A stretch of DNA of 64,000 bases from Gemmatimonadales bacterium (GTDB lineage: Bacteria; Gemmatimonadota; Gemmatimonadetes; Gemmatimonadales; GWC2-71-9). The first letter of the stretch is position 1, and the number at the start of each line of letters is the position of its first letter. The notes beneath the pieces were generated by a model. That model saw nothing but the letters and a program-made list of their open reading frames with translations, ran no database searches and was not told the origin of the DNA. Below, in pieces: positions 11,106 to 21,288 of this stretch. The stretch is taken from the NCBI GenBank assembly GCA_039794085.1, contig JBDIWC010000018.1, positions 8,909-72,908 on the forward strand. The letters are read 5' to 3'. A program made the position numbers and the translations under genes.

Positions 11106-13520
11106 ATGCTCGGTTCGTGGGCCACTGACCTGCGGCACGCCGCGAGGAACCTCGGACGTTCCCCCAGCCTTGCCCTGGTCATCATCCTCTCGGTGGGTCT
11201 CGGCATCGGCGCCAACACCCTGGTGTTCACCTGGATGGACGCGCTGGTGCTCCGGCCTCTCCCGGGGGTCGCCGAGGCCGACCGCCTGGTGAGGGTCAAT
11301 ACTCTGGGTACTGGAGGAGCGGTCTGGTCGATTTCCTGGCCGGCCTATCGCGACTGGCGGGTCGAGAACACGGGTCTCGATGGACTCGCGGTGTACGACA
11401 TGACTCAGTTCGGCCTGCGTACCGACGCCGGGATCGAACGGGTCTGGGGAAACTACGTGTCGGGGAACATCTTCGACGTGCTCCGTGTTCCCATGCGTAT
11501 GGGGCGGGGGTTCCACCCAGAAGAGGAGGATCAGGGGGCACCGGTGGCCGTCATCTCCCATGCCTTCTGGCGGCGACACTTCCGTTCCGATCCCGGTGTT
11601 CTGGGGCAATACCTGGTTCTGAACGGACTCTCGGTTGCGGTGGTTGGCGTCACGGAACCTCGTTTCAACGGACCCGAAGTGGGGCTGGGTTTCGACCTGT
11701 ACGTCCCGGCCACGCTGCGGGCCCGGTTTGGGAACCCCGAGATATTCGAGCGGCGCGGCAGCCAGTGGCTCTCCGGCATTGCGCGGCTCATGCCCGGCGT
11801 GACGACCGAGCAGGCCAACGCCAACCTCGATGCCGTTGCCCGTCGAATCGCCGAGGCCAACGGCCGGGTGGATGAAGGGGCCCTGGTGCAACCGCTTGGA
11901 GACGTCGGCGCCGCGGCCACCCTCAAGCCTGTCTTCCTCGCTCTGCTCGGCGTGACGGCCCTCGTCCTCCTCATCGCCTGCGCCAATGTGGCCAACCTGC
12001 TTCTGGCCCGCGCCTCGGGGCGACAGCGGGAAATCGGAATTCGCCTCGCCATCGGTGCGGGACGAGGGCGCATCATCCGGCAACTTCTGGCCGAGAGCAC
12101 GGTTCTCGCCGTGTTGGGCGGAGCGGTGGCCCTGCTGTTGGTGGCCTGGGGACGGGACCTGCTCGCTGCACTGATCCCGGCGGGTCCTTTCCCTCTCAAC
12201 CTCGACGTGCGGGTGGACGGTCCCATTCTCGCCTTCGCCGCGGCAGTCACCGGGGCCACGATTCTGCTGTTTGGGCTGGTGCCCGCCCTGCGGGCGTCGC
12301 GCCCCGACCTGGTCCCGGTGCTGAAGGATGAGATGGGAGGCCCGCTCGGACGGTCCCGGCTCCGCAACGCCATGGTGATCGGTCAGGTGGCGCTGGCCTC
12401 GGTGACCCTGGTCGCCGCGGGTCTCTTTCTGCGGGGGCTCTCCCGGGCCAGCGAGGTGAACCTCGGGTTCACCGATCCCGATCGGGTGCTTCTGGTCTCC
12501 ACCGATCTCTCGCTCGCGGGGATGAACGACTCGGTGGCCATGATCACCATGACCCAGGCGCTGGAACGGGTGCGGCAGGTGCCCGGTGTGGTGTCCGCCG
12601 CCTGGTCCACCTTCACGCCGCTCGGGTTCGGCGGCTCCAGTTCCAGCACGATCGAGGTCGCCGGCCATGAAGCGGCTCCGGGGGAAAACATGTCGATCCA
12701 GTACGCCATCGTTTCCGACGGCTACATGGAGACGATGGGGATGACACTGCGTGAGGGAAGAGCCCTCGGCGAGGAAGATCGCCTCGGGGCCGAGCCGGTG
12801 GCGGTGGTGAACGAGACCTTCGCCCGGCGCTTCTTCAAGGGACAGGCGCTGGGACAGGTCTTCAACCAGGGTGGTCCGGACCTGCGCATTGTCGGGGTCG
12901 TGGAGGACGTCAAGGTTGGATCCCTGACGGAGGCACCGCTCCCCTTCCTCTACAGGGTGCTGGCGCAATCCCCTCGCAGGCAGGCCACGCTGCATGTGCG
13001 CGGCACGGCCGACAACGCGATGGCCCTTGCCGAGCCCCTGCGCCGGGAACTGGCCCAGGTCACACCCGACCTCCCTTTCCTCGATCCGCGGACCATGGCA
13101 GAGCAGATCGAGCCGGCCACCATTGGGCAGCGGATCGGGTCGCGCATGCTCGGCGTCTTCGGGTTTCTCTCCCTCCTGCTCGCCGGGATCGGCATCTATG
13201 CCGTGATGGCGCAGTCGGTGACCCAGCGAACCCGGGAGATCGGGGTGCGAGTGGCCCTGGGCGCCAACCGGCAAGCCCTCCTTCGGATGGTGGTGGGACA
13301 GGCGATGCGGCTGACCGCCATCGGCCTCGTGGTGGGAGGCATCCTGGGAGCCGGCGCGGGAGTCCTGCTTCGAAGCCTGATCTTCGGGGTGAGCCCCCTC
13401 GATCCGGTGACCTTCGGCGTGATGATCGTGACCTTCGGGGTGGTCGCGGTCGCGGCCAGCGCCCTCCCCGCCCGGCGCGCGGCATCGATCGATCCGGTGG
13501 AGGCCCTGCGGGCGCAGTAG
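11106..13520 (+). CDS. ABC permease, duplicated MacB_PCD/FtsX (ADOP-type)
   Basis: LGIGANT, LLIACANVANLLLAR, REIGIRLAIGA, RTREIGVRVALGA, PARRAASIDPVEALRAQ. Confidence 0.93.
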   Translation: MLGSWATDLRHAARNLGRSPSLALVIILSVGLGIGANTLVFTWMDALVLRPLPGVAEADRLVRVNTLGTGGAVWSISWPAYRDWRVENTGLDGLAVYDMTQFGLRTDAGIERVWGNYVSGNIFDVLRVPMRMGRGFHPEEEDQGAPVAVISHAFWRRHFRSDPGVLGQYLVLNGLSVAVVGVTEPRFNGPEVGLGFDLYVPATLRARFGNPEIFERRGSQWLSGIARLMPGVTTEQANANLDAVARRIAEANGRVDEGALVQPLGDVGAAATLKPVFLALLGVTALVLLIACANVANLLLARASGRQREIGIRLAIGAGRGRIIRQLLAESTVLAVLGGAVALLLVAWGRDLLAALIPAGPFPLNLDVRVDGPILAFAAAVTGATILLFGLVPALRASRPDLVPVLKDEMGGPLGRSRLRNAMVIGQVALASVTLVAAGLFLRGLSRASEVNLGFTDPDRVLLVSTDLSLAGMNDSVAMITMTQALERVRQVPGVVSAAWSTFTPLGFGGSSSSTIEVAGHEAAPGENMSIQYAIVSDGYMETMGMTLREGRALGEEDRLGAEPVAVVNETFARRFFKGQALGQVFNQGGPDLRIVGVVEDVKVGSLTEAPLPFLYRVLAQSPRRQATLHVRGTADNAMALAEPLRRELAQVTPDLPFLDPRTMAEQIEPATIGQRIGSRMLGVFGFLSLLLAGIGIYAVMAQSVTQRTREIGVRVALGANRQALLRMVVGQAMRLTAIGLVVGGILGAGAGVLLRSLIFGVSPLDPVTFGVMIVTFGVVAVAASALPARRAASIDPVEALRAQ

Positions 13521-13596
13521 ATTCCTCCCCGGGACGCCGCCGGTGCCGCAACGGGCCCGACGGTGTCCCCCGGGGCCTCCAACGGAAACGCACACC

Positions 13597-14259
13597 ATGA
13601 TCCGCCTGGTCAACATCGAAAAGTCCTATCCCACCGGACCCTCCCGGACCTGGGTGCTCCGGCAGGTCTCGATCGAGATCGCCGCAGGGGAGTTCGTCAC
13701 CATCATGGGTCCCTCGGGTGCCGGCAAGTCCACCCTGCTCGGAATCCTCGGGATGCTCGATGCCGAGTGGAGCGGGGAGTATCACCTGGATGATCACCCC
13801 GTGCATGCGATGAAGCAGCGTCAGCGAGCGGAGCTGAACAAGGCGATGATCGGATTCGTCTTCCAGCAGTATCACCTCCTCGACAGCCTCACCGTCTACG
13901 AAAACCTCGAGACTCCCCTCTCCTACCGCAACTACACCCGGTCCGAGCGGCAGTCCCGCGTGGCGGACGTACTCGATCGTTTCCGGATCGTCGGAAAGAA
14001 GGATCTTTTTCCCTCGCAGCTCTCCGGCGGGCAGCAACAGCTCGTGGGGGTGGCCCGGGCCGTCATGGCGGAGCCGAAGATCATCCTGGCGGACGAACCG
14101 ACCGGCAACCTGCACTCCACGCAGGCCCGGGAGATCATGGAACTCTTCCGAGAGCTCAACCAGGGCGGCACCACGATCGTGCAGGTGACCCACAGCGAGG
14201 AAAACGCCCGGTACGGCAACCGGGTGGTTCAGTTGAAGGATGGTTGGGTGGTAGCGTAG
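13597..14259 (+). CDS. Second ABC transporter ATP-binding protein
   Basis: GPSGAGKST, LSGGQQQ, LADEPTGNL, VTHS. Confidence 0.93.
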   Translation: MIRLVNIEKSYPTGPSRTWVLRQVSIEIAAGEFVTIMGPSGAGKSTLLGILGMLDAEWSGEYHLDDHPVHAMKQRQRAELNKAMIGFVFQQYHLLDSLTVYENLETPLSYRNYTRSERQSRVADVLDRFRIVGKKDLFPSQLSGGQQQLVGVARAVMAEPKIILADEPTGNLHSTQAREIMELFRELNQGGTTIVQVTHSEENARYGNRVVQLKDGWVVA

Positions 14260-14418
14260 GCGGTAGGCGATAGGCGGTGGGCGGTAGGGAACGTAGGCGG
14301 TAGGTGATAAGGCGGTAGGCAGTAGGGGAACATAGGCGGTAGGCGATAAGGTGGTAAACGATAGGCGGTAGGCGATAGGCGGTAGGAGGTAGCAGGTAGG
14401 GAACGTAGGCCGTAGGCG
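14257..14418 (+). repeat. Long degenerate (TAGGCGG)n heptamer array, left arm
   Basis: About 20 degenerate copies starting at the ABC ATPase stop codon. Confidence 0.9.
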
Positions 14419-14509
14419 ACGGGTGGGAGGCACAGGGGCTGCGATAAGATGATTGTGGTCGCGCGATTGTGGTCCTTCCACGAAGGGCCGGCGGTGATAG
14501 CATTCCCTG

Positions 14510-14901
14510 ATGGGGAATCAGGCGACGTCCTTCCGGGACCTGTTGGTGTGGCAGCGTGCCATGGATGCATCGGTGGAGGTGCTCCGGCTCGCCCGGATCC
14601 TCCCACGGGAGCTCCGGGATAGTCTCGGGGGCCAGATGCGCGGGCGGCGATCTCGGTCGTGAGCAATATTGCCGAGGGGCACGGCAGGCGGCACCGGAAG
14701 GAGTATATTCATCATGTTGCCATTGCCAGCGGCTCGCTGAAGGAGATGGAAACGCAGTTGCTGTTGCTGCGGAGACATGACTCGCGATTCGCGGAGGATG
14801 TCGATCGGATTCTGGCCATCACCGACGAAACGGGCAGGATGCTGACAGGACTGTATCGGGCGCTCAAAAGCCCACGGTCGACTCCTGACACCCGTGGATG
14901 A
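14510..14901 (+). pseudogene. Four-helix-bundle protein (23S rRNA IVP / bAvd-like family) with a 1-bp frameshift near 14640
   Basis: Frame 1: MGNQATSFRDLLVWQRAMD...LGGQMR. After a missing base: RAAISVVSNIAEGHGR...IASGSLKEMETQL. Together these match the family pattern FrdL.vWq.A...QmRRAA.S..sNIAEG.gR...GSl.E.etq. Confidence 0.85.
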
Positions 14902-14970
14902 TCAGGCCATCCTGTGGTTGACCCCGTCGCCTCTCGCGTCCTCTATGGCCCACCGCCAGCCGCCTTCTCT

Positions 14971-15007
14971 ATCGCCTACCGCCTACCGCCTACCGTCTAC
15001 CGCCTAT
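14971..15007 (-). repeat. (CCGCCTA)n heptamer array, right arm (reverse complement of 14257-14418)
   Basis: ATCGCCTACCGCCTACCGCCTACCGTCTACCGCCTAT directly before the ATG at 15012. Confidence 0.9.
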
Positions 15008-15011
15008 CTCT

Positions 15012-16370
15012 ATGCTCCCCACGATCTTGATTGCTGATGACCAGCCCGACGTCCTCGAGGCCCTCCGGCTCCTCCTCAAGTCGGAGGGGTACCGGACCGT
15101 CACGGCGCATGTGCCCGAGGGGGTCTTGGCCCTCCTCGAACGGGAGCAGGTGGACGCGGCCCTGATCGATCTCAACTACACCCGGGACACCACCTCGGGC
15201 CGGGAGGGTCTCGACCTTCTGTCCCGGATTCGGGCCGCCGATGCGACCCTTCCGGTCATCGTCATGACGGCGTGGGGCAGCGTGGACAAGGCGGTGCAGG
15301 CCATGCAACTCGGCGCCCGCGACTTCGTCGAGAAACCGTGGGACAACGCGCGTCTCCTCGCCACCGTGCGCACCCAGGTCGAGCTCTCCCGGGCCCTTCG
15401 GCTCGGCCAGCGGCTGGCCTCCGAGAACCAGATGCTGCGACAGGAGGGGCTTCCCGATCTGGTCGCTGAGTCGGGTGCCATGCGCCCGGTCGTGGAGATC
15501 ATGAGGCAGGTGGCGCCGAGTGACGCGAACGTGCTCATCACCGGGGAGCATGGGACCGGGAAGGAAGTGGTGGCCCGCTGGCTCCACGCCACGAGCGGAC
15601 GCGCCGAGAAGCCCCTGGTGATCGTGAACGCCGGAGGACTCTCCGAGGGGGTGTTCGAGAGCGAACTGTTCGGGCATGTGAAGGGCGCCTTCACCGATGC
15701 CAAGACCGACCGGATCGGTCGCTTCGAAATGGCCGACGGGGGAACCCTCTTCCTCGACGAGATCGCGAATATCGGCCTGGCGCAGCAGGCCCGGCTCCTC
15801 CGGGTGCTCCAGGAGGGGGAGCTGGAGCGGGTCGGGTCGTCCCGGACCCGTCATGTGGACGTGCGGGTGATCGCGGCGACCAACGCCGATCTCCCTGCCG
15901 AGGTGGCATCGGGCCGGTTCCGGGAAGATCTCCTCTTCCGGCTGAACACGATCGAGATTGCCCTCCCTCCGCTCCGGGATCGTGGAGCCGACCTCCTGCC
16001 CCTGGCCGAGTGGTTCCTGGCGCGGTTCCGCCGGAAGTACGGCAAGGGCCTGACCGGGTTTGCCGAGGATGCGGTGGCATCGCTCCGCCGCCACCCCTGG
16101 CCCGGCAACGTGCGCGAACTCGAGCATGCCGTGGAACGAGGAGTGCTGATGGCGCGGGGGACGACGATGACCGCATCCGACCTGGCCCTTCCCGGTGCTC
16201 CGCAGGAGGAAGTGTCGTCTCCCTCCGGCGGACGGACCCTGGAAGAAACCGAGCGCGAGGTGATCCGCGCGGCCCTCACCCGGCATGACGGGAACGTGAG
16301 CGCCGCCGCCGCCGAGCTCGGCCTGAGCCGGAGTGCGCTCTACCGACGATTGCAACGCCTCGGCCTGTGA
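15012..16370 (+). CDS. Sigma54-dependent response regulator (REC-AAA+-Fis HTH)
   Basis: GEHGTGKE, ESELFGHVKGAFTDA, LFLDEI, WPGNVRELEH, AAAELGLSRSALYRRL. Confidence 0.95.
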   Translation: MLPTILIADDQPDVLEALRLLLKSEGYRTVTAHVPEGVLALLEREQVDAALIDLNYTRDTTSGREGLDLLSRIRAADATLPVIVMTAWGSVDKAVQAMQLGARDFVEKPWDNARLLATVRTQVELSRALRLGQRLASENQMLRQEGLPDLVAESGAMRPVVEIMRQVAPSDANVLITGEHGTGKEVVARWLHATSGRAEKPLVIVNAGGLSEGVFESELFGHVKGAFTDAKTDRIGRFEMADGGTLFLDEIANIGLAQQARLLRVLQEGELERVGSSRTRHVDVRVIAATNADLPAEVASGRFREDLLFRLNTIEIALPPLRDRGADLLPLAEWFLARFRRKYGKGLTGFAEDAVASLRRHPWPGNVRELEHAVERGVLMARGTTMTASDLALPGAPQEEVSSPSGGRTLEETEREVIRAALTRHDGNVSAAAAELGLSRSALYRRLQRLGL

Positions 16371-16377
16371 TCTCCCC

Positions 16378-17718
16378 GTGACGGCCCGATTCGATCGGCG
16401 GCTGCTCGGGCTCGTCCTGCTGGCGGGGGCACCGGCTCTCGTGGCCGTGGCCGTTCTGCTGTGGGTTGCGTCGTACAGCGTCCTCCTCACGTTCACCGTC
16501 CTCCTCTTTCTGGTGCTGGGGTGGCTCTGGGTCGCCTTCGCCGCGCGTCGTCTCGTGGTGCGGCCCCTCCGAACCATCGGCAACCTGCTCGCGGGGCTGC
16601 GAGAGGGGCACTTCACCCTCCGGGCCCGCGGGACAACCGACGGGGATCCCCTCTCCGATGTGTTCCGCGAGGTCAATGCCCTCGGTGGCATGCTGCAGGA
16701 GCAGCGACTCGGCGCGGTCGAGGCCGACGCCCTCTTGCGGCGGGTGATGGAGGAGATCGACGTCGCGGTGTTTGCCTTTGCCGGCGATCACACCCTGCAG
16801 CTCGCCAATCGGGCCGGTCAACAACTCCTCGGGCAACCTGTGGAACGCCTGCTCGGGCGAACGGCGGAATACCTGGGCCTCGATGGGTGCCTGACGGGAA
16901 ACACTCCCCGCATGATGGAGCAGTCGTTCCTGGGAGGGATCGGTCGCTGGGAAGTCCGGCGGCGGAGCTTCCGTCAGGGGGGGCTCCCGATGGAGATGGT
17001 CGTGCTGGCCGATGTGAGCCGCGTGGTGCGAGAGGAGGAACGCCAGGCATGGCGCCGGTTGATCCGGGTGCTGAGCCACGAGATCAACAACTCGCTGGCC
17101 CCGATCAAGTCGCTGGCTGGCACCCTGGCCGCGTTGCTGGAGCGCTCCCCTCGTCCCGACGATTGCGAAGAGGATCTGGCCCGCGGGCTCGAGGTCATCG
17201 CGGCGCGCGCCGAGTCGCTCGATCGGTTCATGGCGGCGTATGCCCGGCTCGCCAAGCTGCCGGCCCCGGTGGTGGGACAGGTGGAGGTGGAGACGTGGGT
17301 GCGGCGGGTCGCGGCCCTGGAGGCCCGGATTCCGGTGAGGGTCGAACCGGGACCGCCGATGACGATTCGGGCCGATGGGGATCAGCTCGACCAGGTGCTC
17401 ATCAACCTGGTCAAGAACGCCGCCGACGCCGCCCTCGAAACCGGCGGTGACGTGACGATCGGATGGAGCGGGGGTGGGGACGCACCGGAGGTGGAGGTAT
17501 GGGTCCGGGACTCGGGGCCCGGCATCGCGTCTCCCACCAACATCTTCGTCCCGTTCTTTACCACGAAGCGGAACGGATCGGGCATCGGGTTGACCCTGAG
17601 CCGCCAGGTGGCCGAGGCACATGGGGGAACGCTGATGCTGCAGAACCGTCCCGCCGAGGAGGGGAGGGGATGCATCGCGAGCCTCCGACTGCCCTCCGGA
17701 GCCACCTCGGACGGGTAG
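16378..17718 (+). CDS. Sensor histidine kinase (NtrY-like; HAMP/PAS/HATPase)
   Basis: Two TM segments, RVLSHEINNSLAPI, NLVKNA, DSGPGI, FFTTK, GSGIGL. Confidence 0.92.
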   Translation: MTARFDRRLLGLVLLAGAPALVAVAVLLWVASYSVLLTFTVLLFLVLGWLWVAFAARRLVVRPLRTIGNLLAGLREGHFTLRARGTTDGDPLSDVFREVNALGGMLQEQRLGAVEADALLRRVMEEIDVAVFAFAGDHTLQLANRAGQQLLGQPVERLLGRTAEYLGLDGCLTGNTPRMMEQSFLGGIGRWEVRRRSFRQGGLPMEMVVLADVSRVVREEERQAWRRLIRVLSHEINNSLAPIKSLAGTLAALLERSPRPDDCEEDLARGLEVIAARAESLDRFMAAYARLAKLPAPVVGQVEVETWVRRVAALEARIPVRVEPGPPMTIRADGDQLDQVLINLVKNAADAALETGGDVTIGWSGGGDAPEVEVWVRDSGPGIASPTNIFVPFFTTKRNGSGIGLTLSRQVAEAHGGTLMLQNRPAEEGRGCIASLRLPSGATSDG

Positions 17719-17750
17719 GGCGGGAGGTGGTGAGGTGGTTTGGGGCTCGA

Positions 17751-17822
17751 GGGCGCCCCACGGGGCGCCCCTACTACCGCCTACGTTCCACCTACCGCCC
17801 ACCGCCTACCGCCTACCGCCTA
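17751..17822. repeat. GTAG-type REP plus (CCGCCTA)n array
   Basis: GGGCGCCCCACGGGGCGCCCCTAC followed by CCGCCTA repeats just upstream of the cls start. Confidence 0.8.
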
Positions 17823-17831
17823 GATTTGTTC

Positions 17832-19250
17832 ATGCTCCCCTCCCTCTGGGCCTACCTTCTCGGTGTTGGGTCGCTCGCCCTGAGCCTCGGCGTCAGCGTC
17901 CACGTGCTCCTGCACAAGCGGGAGCCGAGCGTGGCTCTCGGATGGATGGGGCTGGTGTGGCTGGTGCCGTTTCTCGGGGCGTTCCTCTACGTGGGGTTTG
18001 GCGTCAACCGGATCAAACGCCTGGCCAGGATACTTCGGGAGACGGGAGAACGTCCGATCCCCTCGGTACCGGGCGGCGCTCAGGACGTACCCGGCGTTCC
18101 CCCGGAGCACCACTGGCAAGGCCTCAAGGAGGTGCTCGATCGCGTCACCGGAGTTCCCCTGATTCCGGGCAACGCGGTTGCCCCCCTGCGGGATGGAAAC
18201 GTCGCCTATCCCGTCATGCTGGACGCAATCGAGGGAGCCACCCGCACGGTGGGGCTCTGTACTTTCATTCTCGGCAATGATCTCTGGGGCCGCCAGTTTG
18301 TGGATGCCCTGCAGAGAGCGGTGGGCCGAGGGGTCGAGGTGCGGCTGCTGATCGACGGGGCGGGGCAGTACTACACCTGGCCTCCGATTCTGAAGGTTCT
18401 GCAGGATAGTGGTCTTCCCTTCGCCCGGTTCCTCCACTCCTTCGTTCCCTGGCGGATGCCGTACATCAATCTGCGGAACCACCGGAAGATCCTGGTGGTG
18501 GATGGTCACATCGGCTTCACCGGGGGGATGAACCTGCGGGCCTCCCACGCGGGGCACCCGCCGGAGGCGGCCGACCTTCACTTCCGCATCGAGGGGCCGG
18601 TAGTGCGCCAGATGACCCGCACCTTCGCCGACGACTGGCAGTACACCACCCAGGAGCGGCTCGGCGGGGAGGGGTGGTTTCCCGACATCGCGCCGAGTGG
18701 AGCGGCTCCGGCCCGCGGCATCGTGGACGGGCCCGATGAGGATCACGAGAAGTGTCGCTGGGCCTTCTTGGCGGGACTGGGCCAGGCGCGGCGCCGGGTG
18801 CTGGTGGCGACTCCGTATTTCCTGCCCGATCAGGGACTCGTGACGGCGCTCAGCCACGCGGCGCTGCGTGGCGTGGAGGTGGACATCCTGCTCCCGGCGA
18901 CCAACAACTGGCCCTTCGTGCAGTGGGCCGCGAACCCTGTGGTGCTGCAGGTGGTACAGGAGGGGTGCCGGGTCTGGATGACGCCGGGGCCCTTCGACCA
19001 CAGCAAGTACCTGGTGGTGGATGATCTCTGGTGCCTGGTCGGGAGTGCCAACTGGGATCCGCGGAGCTTGCAACTCAACTTCGAGTTCAACCTCGAGGCA
19101 TGGGATCCGGCGCTTGCGGCGTCGCTGAGCGCGGTGGCGGCCGAACGCATGGCCGGGGCGCGAACCCTCACGGCGCATGCCCTGGAGCGCCGTCCCCTGC
19201 CGCTCAAGCTGCGGGACGGCGCCGCTCGGCTCCTCGCGCCCTACATGTGA
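17832..19250 (+). CDS. cls: Cardiolipin synthase (phospholipase D family)
   Basis: N-terminal TM hairpin, two HKD motifs (NHRKILVVDG, HSKYLVVDD), GSANWD. Confidence 0.9.
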   Translation: MLPSLWAYLLGVGSLALSLGVSVHVLLHKREPSVALGWMGLVWLVPFLGAFLYVGFGVNRIKRLARILRETGERPIPSVPGGAQDVPGVPPEHHWQGLKEVLDRVTGVPLIPGNAVAPLRDGNVAYPVMLDAIEGATRTVGLCTFILGNDLWGRQFVDALQRAVGRGVEVRLLIDGAGQYYTWPPILKVLQDSGLPFARFLHSFVPWRMPYINLRNHRKILVVDGHIGFTGGMNLRASHAGHPPEAADLHFRIEGPVVRQMTRTFADDWQYTTQERLGGEGWFPDIAPSGAAPARGIVDGPDEDHEKCRWAFLAGLGQARRRVLVATPYFLPDQGLVTALSHAALRGVEVDILLPATNNWPFVQWAANPVVLQVVQEGCRVWMTPGPFDHSKYLVVDDLWCLVGSANWDPRSLQLNFEFNLEAWDPALAASLSAVAAERMAGARTLTAHALERRPLPLKLRDGAARLLAPYM

Positions 19251-19422
19251 TGACCCTTCCCACCCGTACCCCCGTACACATACTTGTACACGTACTCGTA
19301 CTCGACCAGGAAGCGAGGGTCACGCGAAGACGCGAAGGCGCGAAAGGAACGAGCGGCTCTGAGCGTCACCCCGGCGGTGTGAAGGAGAAAGGTGGACAGG
19401 AAGCGTGAGGTCGGGAGGAACT

Positions 19423-19618
19423 CACACGAAGACACGAAGACACGAAAGGAAGTGTGAAGGAGGAAGTGTGAAGTTTGAAGGAAGAGGCGTCAGATGGTGA
19501 TGTTCACTCTCATTGGATTGGTGTGCCCCCTCCCCCGGGAAAGGATGGGTGGGGTGGCTTGGCAGTCTTCGCGGCTTCGTGTGAATCCTTCCACACGATG
19601 CCCGCCCGCGCTTCGTAC
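19423..19618 (+). repeat. Copy 1 of a ~140-195-bp composite direct repeat flanking the second M28 gene
   Basis: CACACGAAGACACGAAGACACGAA...GGATGGGTGGGGTGGCTTGGCAGTCTTCGCG...GTGAATCCTTCCACACGATGC, repeated at 21011-21152. Confidence 0.85.
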
Positions 19619-19798
19619 CCACCACGGACTCGGACAAGACGGAGGAGAGGCGGCTTGACTCCATCCCGGTGCCAACGCGATAGTTGGCGGTCACGCGGTA
19701 GAGCCGTCTCGGGACAGGGTGTCAACCAGATGGATGCGATTGACGGGGCGTGGGAGGCGCGGGAGGCGCGTCCGGCCACCGGAAACGAGAGAGGTGTC

Positions 19799-20836
19799 AT
19801 GAAGCGGCGACACATCGCACACCTGTGCGGGGCACGGGGCCGGGCTTCACTCGCCCTGGTCCTCACGGTGTCTGGAAGCACCGATGTCCGTGCCCAGATG
19901 GCCGTGCCGGACACGGCGCGTTATCGCCAGGAGATCGCCTGGCTGGCGAGCCCCGACCTCGGGGGAAGAGCTGCCGGGACGGCGGGAAGCGACAGCGCCG
20001 CCGTCTACATCGGCCGTGAGTTCCAAGCCCTGGGCCTCCTGCCGCCTTTCGTGCTCTGCGGCGACGCCGGCTGCAGCCGGAGCCATTATCAGCCGTTCCG
20101 GTTTCCCGGAGAGGATGCCGCGCGATTGAGCGCCTTCGACTCCACCCTCACCCAGAATGTGGCGGGACTGGCGGTGGGGGTCGATCCCGTGCTGCGGCGC
20201 CAGATCATTGTGGTTGGCGCCCACTACGACCATCTGGGCCGGTCGGCCGCCTGGGCTCGCGACTGGAACAACCGGGGGGCCATCCGTCCCGGCGCCGACG
20301 ACAATGCCTCCGGAACCGTGGCGATCCTCGAGCTCGCGCGACGCTTTGCGCTCAACCCTCCCTCCCGGACCATCCTCTTCGTGGCATTCGGCGCCGAGGA
20401 GGTTGGACTGGTGGGGTCGAAGGTCTTCCTGGAGGCGAGTCCAGTGGCCACCGATTCAATCCTGTCCATGCTGAACTTCGACATGGTCGGGCGGTTCCGG
20501 GACAAGCTGGAAGTCTCCGGCACCGGGACGGCGCCCTGGTGGGACGAGATCCTGACCGCCGCCGACACGGTCTTCGGGGAACGGATGGTGCGCCAGCCCA
20601 AGAGTTCGCTGAACTCGGACAACGCCTCGTTCGCGGTGCTTGGCATCCCCGTGCTCCACTTTTTCACCGGCAAACACGGCGACTATCACACGGCCTCGGA
20701 TGTGGCTGACCGGATCAATGTCGCGGGGCTCGATGATGTCATTCAGCTGGGGGAGAAGGTGCTGCGAGCCCTGACGGAAGGAGACCTGGTCGGACGCCCT
20801 CCCCGGAACGGGAAGCAGGCGGTACGACCCCGGTGA
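19799..20836 (+). CDS. M28 family aminopeptidase
   Basis: VGAHYDHLG, GADDNASGT, FGAEEVGLVGS, NFDMVGR, SDNASF, HGDYHTASD. Confidence 0.9.
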   Translation: MKRRHIAHLCGARGRASLALVLTVSGSTDVRAQMAVPDTARYRQEIAWLASPDLGGRAAGTAGSDSAAVYIGREFQALGLLPPFVLCGDAGCSRSHYQPFRFPGEDAARLSAFDSTLTQNVAGLAVGVDPVLRRQIIVVGAHYDHLGRSAAWARDWNNRGAIRPGADDNASGTVAILELARRFALNPPSRTILFVAFGAEEVGLVGSKVFLEASPVATDSILSMLNFDMVGRFRDKLEVSGTGTAPWWDEILTAADTVFGERMVRQPKSSLNSDNASFAVLGIPVLHFFTGKHGDYHTASDVADRINVAGLDDVIQLGEKVLRALTEGDLVGRPPRNGKQAVRPR

Positions 20837-21010
20837 CAGTCAGGGAGCTGGTCCGACGTGGCCGAGAAGGGTCTCACGCGAAGCCGCGAAGCCGACCCCC
20901 ATCCCCCCGTGGGCGTCATCCCGAGCGGGAGGCGAGGGATCTGAGGAGGGTGCGGGTGTACTTCCCGCCGTCCGGATCTCCCATCCGTGCCTTGCCGCAC
21001 GGACGTGTCT

Positions 21011-21152
21011 CACACGAAGACACGAAGACACGAAGAACATCGGAGCGAGAATGTGGATGGGTGTGCCCCCCAGGAAGGATGGGTGGGGTGGCTTGGCAGT
21101 CTTCGCGTCTTCGCGTGAATCCTTCCACACGATGCTCGCCCACGCTTCGCAC
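21011..21152 (+). repeat. Copy 2 of the composite direct repeat
   Basis: Matches 19423-19618 but lacks the heptamer-containing insert. Confidence 0.85.
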
Positions 21153-21288
21153 TCGCCACGGCCTCGAGGCATGGGATCCGTGTAATCTCGTTCACGTCCG
21201 ATTATCGCTCCCCCCTCCACCCCGACGCGGCGTGAGGAGTCCCCGACTATTCCTCTGAAGAGGGGCCGTCGTCGACGCCGGGATAGGA

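Noticed and set aside
14257..14418. Possible CRISPR array among the many repeats
   Set aside because: Units are 7-9 nt tandem repeats without unique spacers; no cas genes seen.
14510..14901. Diversity-generating retroelement suggested by the Avd-like gene
   Set aside because: No reverse transcriptase and no template/variable repeat pair with adenine-specific differences in the window.
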